Counted from the stretch's first letter, positions 31,691-42,839 are shown. The stretch: 55,831 nt of DNA from an uncultured Clostridium sp. (GCA_948434985.1 CAOJFV010000005.1:1-55831), one strand, 5' to 3'. The notes: generated by a model not told the origin, from the sequence alone. Program-made: numbers and translations.

Positions 31691-32353
31691 CTATAATTTT
31701 ATATCTGTTCTTTTTATAATTGCTTTCATCACTTGTTGCGACATTTCATTTAATGATTCCCATGATTTCGAATTATTATCTACTTTTCCTATATATACTT
31801 CCTCCGTTTTTGCACCCAATCTAATCATATCCATTAGTATTCCTATATCTACACCATAATCTTTTTCAAAAACAATTTTTTTAAAATACTCTGTTTTTCC
31901 ACATATTATTCCACTTAATGGTTGTTCAAATTTAGGCATATTAGGAAATAATAATCCCAATAAAGGTTTAGCTACCAATTCCGTTACCCTTCCACCTTCT
32001 CTTGTAAAAGCTGATTTTACGAAATCAATATCTCTTTCTAAAATTGGAGCAACCATATCTTTTATAACATCTTTATCATATATCTCTAAATCTCCATCTA
32101 TAAATAAAGTAATATCAGTATCAACATATCGGATACCTGTTTCCATTGCATAACCTTTACCTTTTGTATCACATTCAATAACCATTACATCTTTTTTGTT
32201 TGCTAATTCTGCTGTTTTATCTGTTGAAGCATTATTTACTACAATTATATTAGATTTTATTATACTAGATTTTACTTTATCAATAACTTTTTCTATGTTT
32301 TTTTCTTCATTAAAAGCTGGTATAATAACTGTTACTTTATTTAAATATTGCAT
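31691..32353 (-). CDS. Glucosyl-3-phosphoglycerate synthase-like glycosyltransferase
   Basis: GKGYAM, DGD, GGRVTELVAKPLL, QPLSG, YGVDIG motifs of the GpgS family. Confidence 0.8.
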   Translation of the reverse strand: MQYLNKVTVIIPAFNEEKNIEKVIDKVKSSIIKSNIIVVNNASTDKTAELANKKDVMVIECDTKGKGYAMETGIRYVDTDITLFIDGDLEIYDKDVIKDMVAPILERDIDFVKSAFTREGGRVTELVAKPLLGLLFPNMPKFEQPLSGIICGKTEYFKKIVFEKDYGVDIGILMDMIRLGAKTEEVYIGKVDNNSKSWESLNEMSQQVMKAIIKRTDIKL

Positions 32354-32464
32354 TTTAAGCTCTCCTTTTTAGTATAATTTATACTATATACATACTTTTT
32401 TATTATATCATATATCTACATTTATAGTCAAATATTGATATATTAAGAATTTATTAATACTTTC

Positions 32465-34012
32465 TTAGTGTTTAGCTATTTCTACGCTGCAATCTTTTCC
32501 TTTTATTTGTTTATTTTTCATACCATTCATTATATCTTCCACATATTCTCCTGGTACTTCCACAAAAGAAAATTTATCTAGTATATTAATTTTTCCTATT
32601 TTATCTCCACTTATTCCTGAGTTTGCTGCAATGCTCCCTACAAAATCTTTTACTTTTATATTATCTTTTTTTCCTAAGTTGAAAAATAGTTTTATAACTT
32701 CTCCATCTTTTATATTTACTTTTATTTCTTTTGTCTTATTTTTACCACAAACTATTGTTAATAGTGCTTTTACAATGTCTTCAGTATTATTTTTACTTTC
32801 TAATCCATCTAATATGTCTTGATATTCAAATTCGTTTTTATCTATCACACTTTGGATTTTTTCTATTGTAACCCTATTTCTAATTTTGTTAATTTCTGCA
32901 AGTGTTGGTATAGTGCCTTCTTTAATTTTAGCATTACTGTATTTTTTTATGCTTTGTAGTTTGCTTTTTTCTTTTCCTACTACAAACGTAACTGCTTTTC
33001 CAGTACTTCCATTTCTTCCTGTTCTTCCAATTCTATGAACATAGTATTCCTCTTCTTGTGGCACATCATAATTTAAAACAAATTCTACATCTTGTATATC
33101 TATGCCTCTTGCTACTACATCTGTTGCAACTAGTATTTGAAACTCTCCATTTCTCATACGTTTCATAATTCTTTCTCTTCCAGTTTGTTTAACATCTCCA
33201 TGTAGGGCTTCTGCTTTAAAATGGTTTTGTTTTAAAACTTCTATTAAATCATCTACTCTTTTTTTGGTATTACAAAATACAATTGCTTTTTGTGGGCGAT
33301 AAACTTCTATTAGTCGCATTAATGCTTCACTTTTCATTGCTTCTTTTATTGGAATTGATATTTGTTCAATTTCATTTACTGTTAATTCTTCTGCTTGTAT
33401 TTTAACCTTTTTTGGATTTTGCAAATATTTTTTAGTAATCTCCATAATTCTTTTGTTCATAGTTGCTGAAAATAATACTGTTTGCCTTTCACTTGGTACA
33501 TCTTTTAAGATTGTTTCAATATCTTCTTCAAACCCCATATTTAGCATTTCATCAGCTTCATCTAGTACACACATTTTCACCCCGTCTAATTTTAATGTTC
33601 TTCTTCTCATATGATCCATTATTCTACCAGGTGTACCAATTACAATTTGAACTCCTTTTTTTAGCATTTTTATTTGTGTTTCAATAGCTTGTCCACCATA
33701 AATTGCAATTGTTTTTATTCCTTCTTGATATTTTAGAAATTTTCTTACTTCATCTGCTACTTGCACTGCAAGTTCTCTTGTTGGGCAAAGTACTATTGCT
33801 TGTACTTTTTTATTTGCAGGGTCTATTTTTTCTATCATTGGTAAACTATAAGATGCTGTTTTTCCTGTTCCTGTTTTAGATTGACCTATAAAATCCTTTC
33901 CTTCTAGTATAACGGGAATTGCTTGTTCTTGTATTGGTGTTGGGCAGACATATCCTGCATATTGTAATGCTCTTTTTGTTTTTTCATTTAAATTTAATTC
34001 TTGAAATGTCAT
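32465..34012 (-). CDS. deaD: DEAD-box RNA helicase with DbpA-type RNA-binding domain
   Basis: TGTGKT, PTRELA, DEAD, SAT, HRIGRTGR. Confidence 0.92.
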   Translation of the reverse strand: MTFQELNLNEKTKRALQYAGYVCPTPIQEQAIPVILEGKDFIGQSKTGTGKTASYSLPMIEKIDPANKKVQAIVLCPTRELAVQVADEVRKFLKYQEGIKTIAIYGGQAIETQIKMLKKGVQIVIGTPGRIMDHMRRRTLKLDGVKMCVLDEADEMLNMGFEEDIETILKDVPSERQTVLFSATMNKRIMEITKKYLQNPKKVKIQAEELTVNEIEQISIPIKEAMKSEALMRLIEVYRPQKAIVFCNTKKRVDDLIEVLKQNHFKAEALHGDVKQTGRERIMKRMRNGEFQILVATDVVARGIDIQDVEFVLNYDVPQEEEYYVHRIGRTGRNGSTGKAVTFVVGKEKSKLQSIKKYSNAKIKEGTIPTLAEINKIRNRVTIEKIQSVIDKNEFEYQDILDGLESKNNTEDIVKALLTIVCGKNKTKEIKVNIKDGEVIKLFFNLGKKDNIKVKDFVGSIAANSGISGDKIGKINILDKFSFVEVPGEYVEDIMNGMKNKQIKGKDCSVEIAKH

Positions 34013-34199
34013 TTTTTATTCTCCTTTATTATTTTTAAGTGCAAAAAATCCAAGGAACAAATATAAAAAATTTGTTCCTTGGCCAAACGACATTTTATAT
34101 AATCGACATATTATATATTAAAAACAAATTTTATATACTAATTTCCTTTTTTTCTTCACATCTTGCCAATTATATCATAACTTACTTTTATTTGCAACT

Positions 34200-34988
34200 T
34201 TATACTGATTCTGCTCCTTTTAGGTAATCAATATATTCCTCTAGACAATACCCTTTTTCCTTCATTACTTTTGCATGAACTTCCCCTACATATCTCCAAT
34301 GCCAAGATTCATATGTTATTTTTGTTATATCTTGCTTATCCTTTGGATAACGTAAAATAAAGCCATAATCATCAGCATTTTTTTGTAACCATTCAAATGC
34401 TTTTGTATTTTCAAATTCATTTGTTACTGTATTAAAATCTGCTGCAAGTGCTAAATTATGTTCACTCATTTCTGGTCTTTGCACAACCATCTGAGCAAGC
34501 CTCTCCGCTTCTTCCTGATTTTTTCCTTGTTCTTTATATGATGTTACTTTTCTGTTAAATAATTCTTCTTGCTTTTCATAACTTCTATAAGCTGATTGAA
34601 CCCAAATTCCTGTAATTTTATCTTTATGCATTGCATTTATCATATCCCTTAAATATCCTATTGCTCTTTTGTCAAACATAATTCCATCAGAATATTCCTC
34701 TAGTTCTGGCACATAACTTCTATCTACTGAATTATCATTATTTACTAATTTCAAGTTCCACTCATTTAATACACTATTTTCTGGAATAGTAGATGCTTGA
34801 GTGACTTGATTTGTATCTACAACATTTGATATTTGCTTTTGAACATCGTTTGGGTTGTCCACTTTCTTTGTAAATAATGTAATAACAAGGAATACAAGTC
34901 CCCATAGTATTCCAATAAAAAGTGATAATGCTATAATTATAATAAGTATTCCTCTTATAAATTTCATTTTATTTTTTACAACTATCAT
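34200..34988 (-). CDS. M15B (VanY-type) D,D-carboxypeptidase, membrane anchored
   Basis: SAYRS, SEHNLALAAD, YGFILRYP, ESWHWRYVG. Confidence 0.9.
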   Translation of the reverse strand: MIVVKNKMKFIRGILIIIIALSLFIGILWGLVFLVITLFTKKVDNPNDVQKQISNVVDTNQVTQASTIPENSVLNEWNLKLVNNDNSVDRSYVPELEEYSDGIMFDKRAIGYLRDMINAMHKDKITGIWVQSAYRSYEKQEELFNRKVTSYKEQGKNQEEAERLAQMVVQRPEMSEHNLALAADFNTVTNEFENTKAFEWLQKNADDYGFILRYPKDKQDITKITYESWHWRYVGEVHAKVMKEKGYCLEEYIDYLKGAESV

Positions 34989-35125
34989 AAGACCTCTCTT
35001 CTTTCGTCTTTATTCATTTATATTTTATTGTTTTTTATAATCAAAGTCAATGTGTTACCAAATATTTAATTAATTCTTAATAGTTATAGTTTAGACTATG
35101 ATACATAATTCGTACTAATTTATTG

Positions 35126-35264
35126 AAAAAGTGTATATGTTTATTTTAGAAATGAAAGATTTAAGCTATGTGGGTACCTCTGTTGTCTGTTAAGGCTTTG
35201 CCTGTTACAGTACCAGTAGGAAGATTATAATTTGTAATGCACAAAATAAATATATACACTTTTT
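35126..35264. other. Intergenic element with 22-nt inverted arms
   Basis: AAAAAGTGTATATGTTTATTTT ... AAAATAAATATATACACTTTTT around a GC-richer core. Confidence 0.45.
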
Positions 35265-35275
35265 AGATTAACTCG

Positions 35276-35935
35276 TTATAGCTTAAATTTAGCAATTAAT
35301 GCCTTTATTTTTATGCCTTGTTCACTAAACATTCTTTCATGTTCTGTTTCAATATTATCTTCTATATTTTCACTATGTAAATCATATGTTTTCCATATTA
35401 CTTCAAATCCTGCACTTTTAAAGTAATTTAGACTATCGCTAAACAAATTATCATCATCTGTCTTAAATCTAATTTCTCCACCATCTATTAAAAAAGTTTT
35501 ATATAACTCTAATTGCTTTGGATGTGTTAATCTTTTTTTGTGATGTTTTCCTCTTGGCCATGGATTACAAAAATTAATATAAATACGTTCTACTTTATCT
35601 TTTTCATCCATCATAGTTAAAATTTGTTCAATATTACATCTTGTTAAAATTACATTGTTTATTTCTCTATTTTCACTAGAATATACTTCTTCTACATTTC
35701 TTTTGGCAAGACCTAACATTGTATCAATTAAATCTACTCCTATAAAATTAATATTTGGATTTTTATATGCTAGGTTTGCTATAAACTGCCCTTTTCCACA
35801 TCCAAGTTCTAAATGCATAGGTCTTTCCACTTTAAAAGCACTTTTCCACTTTCCTTTGTTTTCTTCTGGATCATCTATATAAAATTTTGCTTCTTCTAAT
35901 TCTTTTTCTGTCCAACTTCTTTTTCTAATTCGCAT
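35276..35935 (-). CDS. trmB: tRNA (guanine-N7)-methyltransferase
   Basis: LELGCGKG, NFCNPWP, KRLT, FKTD, TEHE. Confidence 0.95.
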   Translation of the reverse strand: MRIRKRSWTEKELEEAKFYIDDPEENKGKWKSAFKVERPMHLELGCGKGQFIANLAYKNPNINFIGVDLIDTMLGLAKRNVEEVYSSENREINNVILTRCNIEQILTMMDEKDKVERIYINFCNPWPRGKHHKKRLTHPKQLELYKTFLIDGGEIRFKTDDDNLFSDSLNYFKSAGFEVIWKTYDLHSENIEDNIETEHERMFSEQGIKIKALIAKFKL

Positions 35936-36117
35936 ATTTTCTCCTCATTCTTCTTATTTTTCAAAATCATTTTATCATACTTTTATCGTTATTTCTATAT
36001 ATAAAATAATATATTACTGCAAAATATACAATTATATGATATATTATAATAAAGTTGCGGATTGGTAAAATATGTAAAATAAAAAAGAAGTACAGAACAA
36101 TACTTCTTTTTTATTTT

Positions 36118-36940
36118 TTATGCACTCTTTAACTCTAATCTTAATTTATCTGCAATCATTGCTATAAATTCTGAATTTGTTGGCTTTCCTTTTGCTGCAG
36201 ATACTGTATATCCAAAAATATTTTCTACAGCTTCAGCTTGACCTCTTCCGCCACGCAACTTCAATTGCATGGCGTATAGCTCTTTCTACTCTTGATGGAG
36301 TAGTTTCATATTTTTCTGCTATTTCTGGATATAACTGTTTTGTTATTTGATTTATTACATCTATATCATTTACTACTAACATTATTGCTTCTCTTAAATA
36401 TTGATATCCTTTTATATGTGCTGGAACTCCTACTTCGTGAATTACATTTGTTACTAATGCTTCTAAATTTTCTTGGTTCTTTTTACCTTCTTCTGGTATT
36501 TCTATGTATGGTGCTTTAATTTCTCTTGACATCATTGCTACATTTTTAAATTGTGATGGTTGATAGTTTTTTAGATCCTTTATTCTTTTTAGTAATAGTT
36601 TAATGTCGAAAGGTTTTACAACATAATATTCTGCTCCTAAGTCTAAAGCTCTTTGTGTTATTTTGTCTTGTCCTACTGCTGATAGCATTATACATAGTGG
36701 TGGCTTCCTTAATGATGATGCTGTTATTTTTTCTAACACTCCTATTCCATCTAAATGTGGCATAATAACATCTAGTAATGCTATATCAGGTTGTGTATTA
36801 GATAATATTTCAAATGCTTCATTACCATCTCTTGCTATACCTATAACCTCCATATCTTCTTCTTGCTCAACATATCCCGCCAAATTGTTAGCAAATTCAC
36901 CATTATCATCTGCTATTAGTACTGTAATCTTGTCTTTCAC
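36118..36940 (-). CDS. spo0A: Sporulation master regulator Spo0A; full length requires CGGA at 36247-36250 read as Gly
   Basis: Receiver domain, [23 protein letters not shown]-[CGGA]-RGQ...[17 protein letters not shown]; 273 aa. Confidence 0.96.
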
Positions 36941-37039
36941 TTTAATTCCTCCTAAGTTTTTAAATTTATTTGTAAAATTTTTACATTTGCGATTATATTA
37001 TGTTTTAAAATTAAATGCAATACTTTTTTGGAAATTTTT

Positions 37040-37708
37040 TCAAATTTCCCTTGTGTCTCTTTGTACTGTAGTGTTTGTTTTTATTGTTTTTTCTTTTAAA
37101 ATATCAATTTTTGTCAATTTTATAAAAAAATTATCTATATCTTTTAAAATTTTTTCTAACATTTCATTTGAAATTTCTATTAAAAATTCTACATTGTCTG
37201 AATATTTTTCATTTATTATATTTATACTATTTTTTTTGGCATAATATCTAAAGCTTTCTACACTATCATATGACAATATAACTTTTGCTTCTACTCCCAT
37301 TTGCACCCTTATGAACTCAGTTTCTTCTAAAGCACTTTCAGTTGCTCCAGTATATGCTCTTACAAGCCCTCCTGTTCCTAAAAGTATTCCTCCAAAATAT
37401 CTTGTTACAATTACCAACACATTACACAAATTGTTTCCTTTTAAGATTGCAAGTATTGGAGCCCCAGCAGTTCCTGATGGTTCTCCATCATCACTACACT
37501 TTTCAATCACTCTTTGTTCTTCAGCTAAAACAATATAAGCATAACAATTATGTCTTGCGTCATAATATTTTTTTCTTGTTTGCTTTATTATATTTTCCGC
37601 TTCTTCCTCATTTTCTACATAAAAAATATTTGCTATAAATTTAGATTTTTTTTCAACGATTTGACCAGAAATATTTTCTTTTATAGTTTTAAATTCTTGC
37701 ACTTGCAT
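37040..37708 (-). CDS. YigZ/IMPACT family protein
   Basis: KKSKF, ARHNCYAY, DDGEPSGTAG, VTRYFGGILLGTGGL; start chosen from RBS. Confidence 0.92.
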   Translation of the reverse strand: MQVQEFKTIKENISGQIVEKKSKFIANIFYVENEEEAENIIKQTRKKYYDARHNCYAYIVLAEEQRVIEKCSDDGEPSGTAGAPILAILKGNNLCNVLVIVTRYFGGILLGTGGLVRAYTGATESALEETEFIRVQMGVEAKVILSYDSVESFRYYAKKNSINIINEKYSDNVEFLIEISNEMLEKILKDIDNFFIKLTKIDILKEKTIKTNTTVQRDTREI

Positions 37709-37709
37709 A

Positions 37710-38969
37710 TTATTCCTCCATTCCTGCTGTAAAACCAGTTGAATATGCAATTTGTAAATTAAACCCTCCAGTGTATGCATCTACATCAATTATTTCACCT
37801 GCAAAATAAAGACCATTTATAATTTTAGATTCCATTGTAGAAGAATTAATTTCTTTTATATTGATTCCACCTGCTGTAATAATTGCTTCGTTTATATCTC
37901 TAAAATCTTTTATTGTTACAGTGAAATTTTTAAGTAAATGAACAAATTTAATCCTCTCTGCTTTACTAATTTCATTTACCTTTTTATCTGGATTTATTTT
38001 TGATAATTCTATAATTGGTTCTATCATTTTCTTAGGTAGTAAATTGTCTAAACTATTTTTAAATTGTTTGTTTTTAAATTCTTCAAAATCCTTTAGTACT
38101 CTTTCATCTAACTTTTCTTCACTTAATGCTGGTTTTAAGTCTATTGATAAAATAATTTTGTCTTCTTTTAATATGTTTTCTATGTTTTTTACTCTTAAAA
38201 GGTGGCTAGAACTACTTAATATAGTTGGTCCTGATACTCCAAAATGTGTGAATAACATTTCTCCAAAATCTTCATATATTATTTTTTTGTTTTCATTGTT
38301 AATAAGTTTAATTTGAACATTTCTTAAACTTAAGCCTTGTAAGCTAACACATAATTCTTTTTCTTTTGCTACAAGTGGTACAAGTGATGGTTTAATTTTT
38401 GTTACTGTATGTCCTAACTCCATTGCCATTTTATATCCATCACCAGTAGAGCCTGTTGATGAATAGCTTTTTCCTCCTGTTGCAAGTATTATTTTATCTG
38501 CTAACAACTTTTTTTCTTGTCCATTTTCTTTATAATTAACACCTACAACTCTATTTCCATCAGTTAATATTTTTGTTACTTCTGTATTAGTTTTTATTTG
38601 TACTTTTAAGTTCTCAAGTTCTTTAAGTAGAGCATTTAATACATCTTTAGATCTATCACTTACAGGAAATACTCTATTTCCTCTTTCGTTTTTAACCTTC
38701 ACTCCATATTTTTCTAGAATATCTATAACATCTTGATTTGTAAAATTATTAAAGGCACTATAAAGAAACCTTCCATTACCTGGAATGTTTTTTATAAACT
38801 CACTCATATCCAAACTACTTGTAATATTACATCTTCCTTTTCCTGTAATAAGTAGCTTTCTTCCGCACATATTCATTTTTTCTAAAATAGTAACACTGCT
38901 TCCATTTCTTGCAGAACTAATCCCTGCTATGATTCCCGCTGGTCCTCCACCAATTATAACAACTTTCAT
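37710..38969 (-). CDS. HI0933/YhiN-family NAD(P)/FAD-dependent oxidoreductase
   Basis: GGGPAG, KLLITGKGRCNIT, ATGG, LFTHFG, TGGFNLQ. Confidence 0.93.
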   Translation of the reverse strand: MKVVIIGGGPAGIIAGISSARNGSSVTILEKMNMCGRKLLITGKGRCNITSSLDMSEFIKNIPGNGRFLYSAFNNFTNQDVIDILEKYGVKVKNERGNRVFPVSDRSKDVLNALLKELENLKVQIKTNTEVTKILTDGNRVVGVNYKENGQEKKLLADKIILATGGKSYSSTGSTGDGYKMAMELGHTVTKIKPSLVPLVAKEKELCVSLQGLSLRNVQIKLINNENKKIIYEDFGEMLFTHFGVSGPTILSSSSHLLRVKNIENILKEDKIILSIDLKPALSEEKLDERVLKDFEEFKNKQFKNSLDNLLPKKMIEPIIELSKINPDKKVNEISKAERIKFVHLLKNFTVTIKDFRDINEAIITAGGINIKEINSSTMESKIINGLYFAGEIIDVDAYTGGFNLQIAYSTGFTAGMEE

Positions 38970-39006
38970 TTTAATCTCCCATATTTTGTTATATCTATAA
39001 TATTCT

Positions 39007-39747
39007 TCATACATCTCTCCTTATTAATTCTTTTACTATTTCCATTACATATTTTTGGGATTCTATTGCTATATTTTTATCATATTTTTCATTTGTAATT
39101 TCATTATCTGAAATTACTCGTATTCCAATCGTAGGTATATTTAATTTATTACATACACTATAGGTACTTGTTGTTTCCATATCCTCACATAAAACCATAT
39201 ATTTCTCATTAAACCATTTTATCCTATCTATTTCGTTATCCCAAACATCTCCGCTTCCAATAGTTCCACATATAACTTTTCCCACATTATAAGAATTACT
39301 ACATTTTATTGCTATATTACGTAGTTCTTCATCTGAATTTAGTTCAATTAATTCATCTTTTCCATCTTTAAAAGTTAATAACTCCCAATCTAATGATACG
39401 CTCCCTTGTTTTTCTTTTCTTGGTTTTGTTATATATGAATTTATATTAATACATTTGTCTCCTATAACAATATCTCCTATATGTAAGCTTTTACTACAAG
39501 CTCCAGCAGTTCCTTGGTTTATAACCAAAATAGGATTAAAGTTTGTAATAGCAATAAACGTGGATATACTTGCTTCTATTAATCCAACTTTCGTTTTCGA
39601 AATTATAATTGGATATCCTTCAAAATTTCCTCTAAAAAACTCATATCCATAAATTTCGATTTTCTCTAAATCTGTTATAGCTTCTTTAAAATAGTTTATT
39701 TCTACTTCCATTGCACCTTGCAAAAGAATTGGTCTTTTTAGCTCCAT
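39007..39747 (-). CDS. mtnN: MTA/SAH nucleosidase
   Basis: GAMEVE, NQGTAG, DMET, RVISDN. Confidence 0.85.
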   Translation of the reverse strand: MELKRPILLQGAMEVEINYFKEAITDLEKIEIYGYEFFRGNFEGYPIIISKTKVGLIEASISTFIAITNFNPILVINQGTAGACSKSLHIGDIVIGDKCININSYITKPRKEKQGSVSLDWELLTFKDGKDELIELNSDEELRNIAIKCSNSYNVGKVICGTIGSGDVWDNEIDRIKWFNEKYMVLCEDMETTSTYSVCNKLNIPTIGIRVISDNEITNEKYDKNIAIESQKYVMEIVKELIRRDV

Positions 39748-39763
39748 AAAGTAATTCCTTTCA

Positions 39764-41012
39764 TTATTTCTCCATATTACTGATTGCTTTTAATACTCCT
39801 AATTTTCCATATTCATATGTAAGTCCCCCTTGCATAAATGCTACATATGGTTGTCTAATTGGTGCATCACAAGATAATTCTATTGAAGATCCTTGTGTAA
39901 ATGCTCCTGCTGCCATTATTACTTGGTCTCCGGTATCCTGGCATGTCCCATGGTTCTGGTATAGAATTTGAATCTACTGGTGAACCCATTTGAATTCCTT
40001 GACAATACTTAATTAATGCTTCTTTTTCGCCAAACGCTATTGTTTGAACAATATCTGCTCTTTTTTCATTATATTTTGGTGATGGATTATATCCTAGCTT
40101 TTCTAAAATTCTACTTGCAAATACTGCTGTTTTTAAACTACTAGCTACAACACTTGGTGCAAAGAATAGTCCTTGTAATATTTGTTTATTTATTCCTAAA
40201 GTTGGTCCCACTTCTTTACCAAGTCCTGGTGAAGTTAGTCTCTCTGCTGCAAGTTCTACTAAATCTTTTCTTCCTGCAATATATGCTCCATTTGGTGCAA
40301 TTCCTCCACCTAAATTTTTTATTAATGAACCAACTATAATATCTGCTCCTACTTCTAATGGTTCCTTTGTTCCAACAAATTCACAGTAACAGTTATCTAT
40401 CATTATAATAACTTCTTTATTTACTTTTCTTATTTCTTTTATTATATTTTGAACTTTTTCTATTCCAATGCTATTTCTTAATGAATATCCTCTAGAACGT
40501 TGTATTTCAATTAATTTTACATTTCCAAGTTTTACTCTATCCACAATAGCTTTTGTATCAAATTCATTATCTATTAAATCTATTTGTTCATATTTTATTC
40601 CAAATACCTTTAATGAACTTGGATTTTCCTCTATTCCGATTACAGAGTCTAATGTGTCATATGGCTTACCTGCAATACTAAGAAGAGTATCTCCTGGTCT
40701 TAAAAATGCAAATAATGCAACTGTAAGTGCGTGTGTTCCAGATATAAATTGTCCACGTACTAAGGAATCTTCTGCTCCTAAAACTTTTGCAAAAACTTTT
40801 TCAATTGTATCTCTACCAACGTCTCCATAACCATATCCTGTTGTAGAACCAAAGTGCATATCAGAAATATTAAACTCTCTAAATGCATTTAATACTTTTA
40901 AACTATTATATTCACACACTTTATCAATCTTTTTAAATTCTTCTTTTACTTCTATTTCAGTTTCTTCTGCAAGTTTTAATAATTCTTCACTTATTCCATA
41001 TTCTTTATACAT
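39764..41012 (-). CDS. YnbB / methionine gamma-lyase-like (aluminium resistance) PLP protein; full length requires CGGA at 39929-39932 read as Gly
   Basis: TGYGYGD, ISGTHA, GSLIKNLGGG; WDMPGY-[CGGA]-DQVIMAAGAFTQGSSIELSCD...QGGLT; 415 aa. Confidence 0.92.
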
Positions 41013-41030
41013 TTATTATGTTCCTTTCTA

Positions 41031-42776
41031 TTAATTATCTGTATAATAATATTCTCCATATCCATAATAAACTTTATAAAATTTACCTAAAAATTCTGGA
41101 TCTGAATTTGTTTGTATTATTTCATAAATGGGCACTTGTACTACATTTCCTTTAGAATCTATTACTCCCCATTTATTATTGGATCTTATGCCTGCATATC
41201 CATATTGATTAAATTCTGTAACTTTATCATATTTATATTCTATTACTACATTTCCGCTTCTATCTACAAATCCCCATTTATTATCTTTTTTACTAGCAAG
41301 TAAGTTGTTATTTGTAAATACTTCTTTAGTTTCTAATATTTTTCCATTAAAATCTAAATATTTATCGTGTTCTTGTGAATATATTTTTAGGTATTCATCT
41401 TCTTTATGTATAAATCCATCTTTCACACTATATACTAATTCCATATTAACAGAATACAAGTCAGATGCTTTTTCTTTTAATATCTTTGCTTCTATCACAT
41501 TTGTGTTATCGATCTTTTGTAATACGTCATATTTTAACTCTACCTTCACTTCTTCTTTAGAATTAATAACACCTAATTTTCCGTTTTCCTTTGAGGCTAT
41601 AAAATAATCTTCAAATAAATATTCAATATAATTATATTTATTTTCTAATAGCTCTTCATTTTGTGCATTAATAATTCCATAAAGTCCTTGTTCATTTATA
41701 GTTATTTGATAGTTTTCATTTTGTGTTTTTAAAATAGATGCATATTTTAAGTCTGTAATTCTTTCCCCAGACATATTATAAATTACCTTCTCTTCATCAT
41801 CTTTATATGCTTGTATATAAAATTCATCTATTTCTATTCCAATATATTCTATTGGTACTATGGTTTTTCCTGTATAATCTATAATTCCATATTTATCATT
41901 TTTTTCTATTTCAAAAATGGAATTATTATTATCATATTCTATACCTTGATAAGCATAGTTTATTAAAACTTTATTATTTTTTATAACTCCATATTTACCA
42001 TTTTTAGAAGCGATTAAGTATGTATCTTTTTCATTTTTAGTGTCTAATATTCTTTCTACATTATTATACTCTACATTTAAGACCTTTTTATGTTCGCAAT
42101 TTATATATCCATATCTATATCCTTCTGTAGTTTTATTACTTACAATATATCCAGATAAACCATAGTTTGTTTTATCTGTATAAAAACCATCTGCAACAAT
42201 ATTGTCATACTCTAATTTAATTAGTTTTGCTCCTTTTGCATTTATTACACCATATTTTTCATTAAGTTTTACTAAAAGTTCACTTTCTTTATTTTCTAAT
42301 CCTTTTATTTCTTCATAGATAGGCTTTGTTATTTCTTTTCCTTCAAAATTTACTATTCCATATTTCCCATTTTTTTTATATTTTAGTACTGCTTTTTCAT
42401 ATGGAAGATTTGTTATTATTCCATTTACCACAATTGCATCTATTTCTTCATATTCAGTAAAAATTTTCTCATTTAAATTATTTAATGCAATAAGCTTGTC
42501 CTCTTCTGTACATATAAATACTGCTTTTTCTGGATTTGGTATTTTTACATTATCATATATTGGCTCTACTATAACTTTTCCAGTAACATCTATAACGCCA
42601 TATTTTGAATCCTTATTTAATACAAAATAATTATATTCAGATACTTCTGTAAGAGTATATTCCTTATTTTTTAATTCTACCAATTTACATATTCCTATAA
42701 TTATTAAAATAAGTATAGCAATTGATACTAAAACTTTTACCTTGTTATTTTTTACAAATTCTAGAATATTTTCCAT
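41031..42776 (-). CDS. WG-repeat-containing membrane-anchored protein
   Basis: Repeated KYG(V/I)ID..G / KWGFVD units after an N-terminal TM. Confidence 0.85.
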   Translation of the reverse strand: MENILEFVKNNKVKVLVSIAILILIIIGICKLVELKNKEYTLTEVSEYNYFVLNKDSKYGVIDVTGKVIVEPIYDNVKIPNPEKAVFICTEEDKLIALNNLNEKIFTEYEEIDAIVVNGIITNLPYEKAVLKYKKNGKYGIVNFEGKEITKPIYEEIKGLENKESELLVKLNEKYGVINAKGAKLIKLEYDNIVADGFYTDKTNYGLSGYIVSNKTTEGYRYGYINCEHKKVLNVEYNNVERILDTKNEKDTYLIASKNGKYGVIKNNKVLINYAYQGIEYDNNNSIFEIEKNDKYGIIDYTGKTIVPIEYIGIEIDEFYIQAYKDDEEKVIYNMSGERITDLKYASILKTQNENYQITINEQGLYGIINAQNEELLENKYNYIEYLFEDYFIASKENGKLGVINSKEEVKVELKYDVLQKIDNTNVIEAKILKEKASDLYSVNMELVYSVKDGFIHKEDEYLKIYSQEHDKYLDFNGKILETKEVFTNNNLLASKKDNKWGFVDRSGNVVIEYKYDKVTEFNQYGYAGIRSNNKWGVIDSKGNVVQVPIYEIIQTNSDPEFLGKFYKVYYGYGEYYYTDN

Positions 42777-42839
42777 TTTACATTTTCTCCTTTAATATTT
42801 TATTATAAGGATGGACTAAATTTGCCCATCCTACAATAT

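Noticed and set aside
34200-34988. Vancomycin resistance locus
   Set aside because: A lone VanY-type carboxypeptidase without van ligase or regulators; a common housekeeping enzyme.
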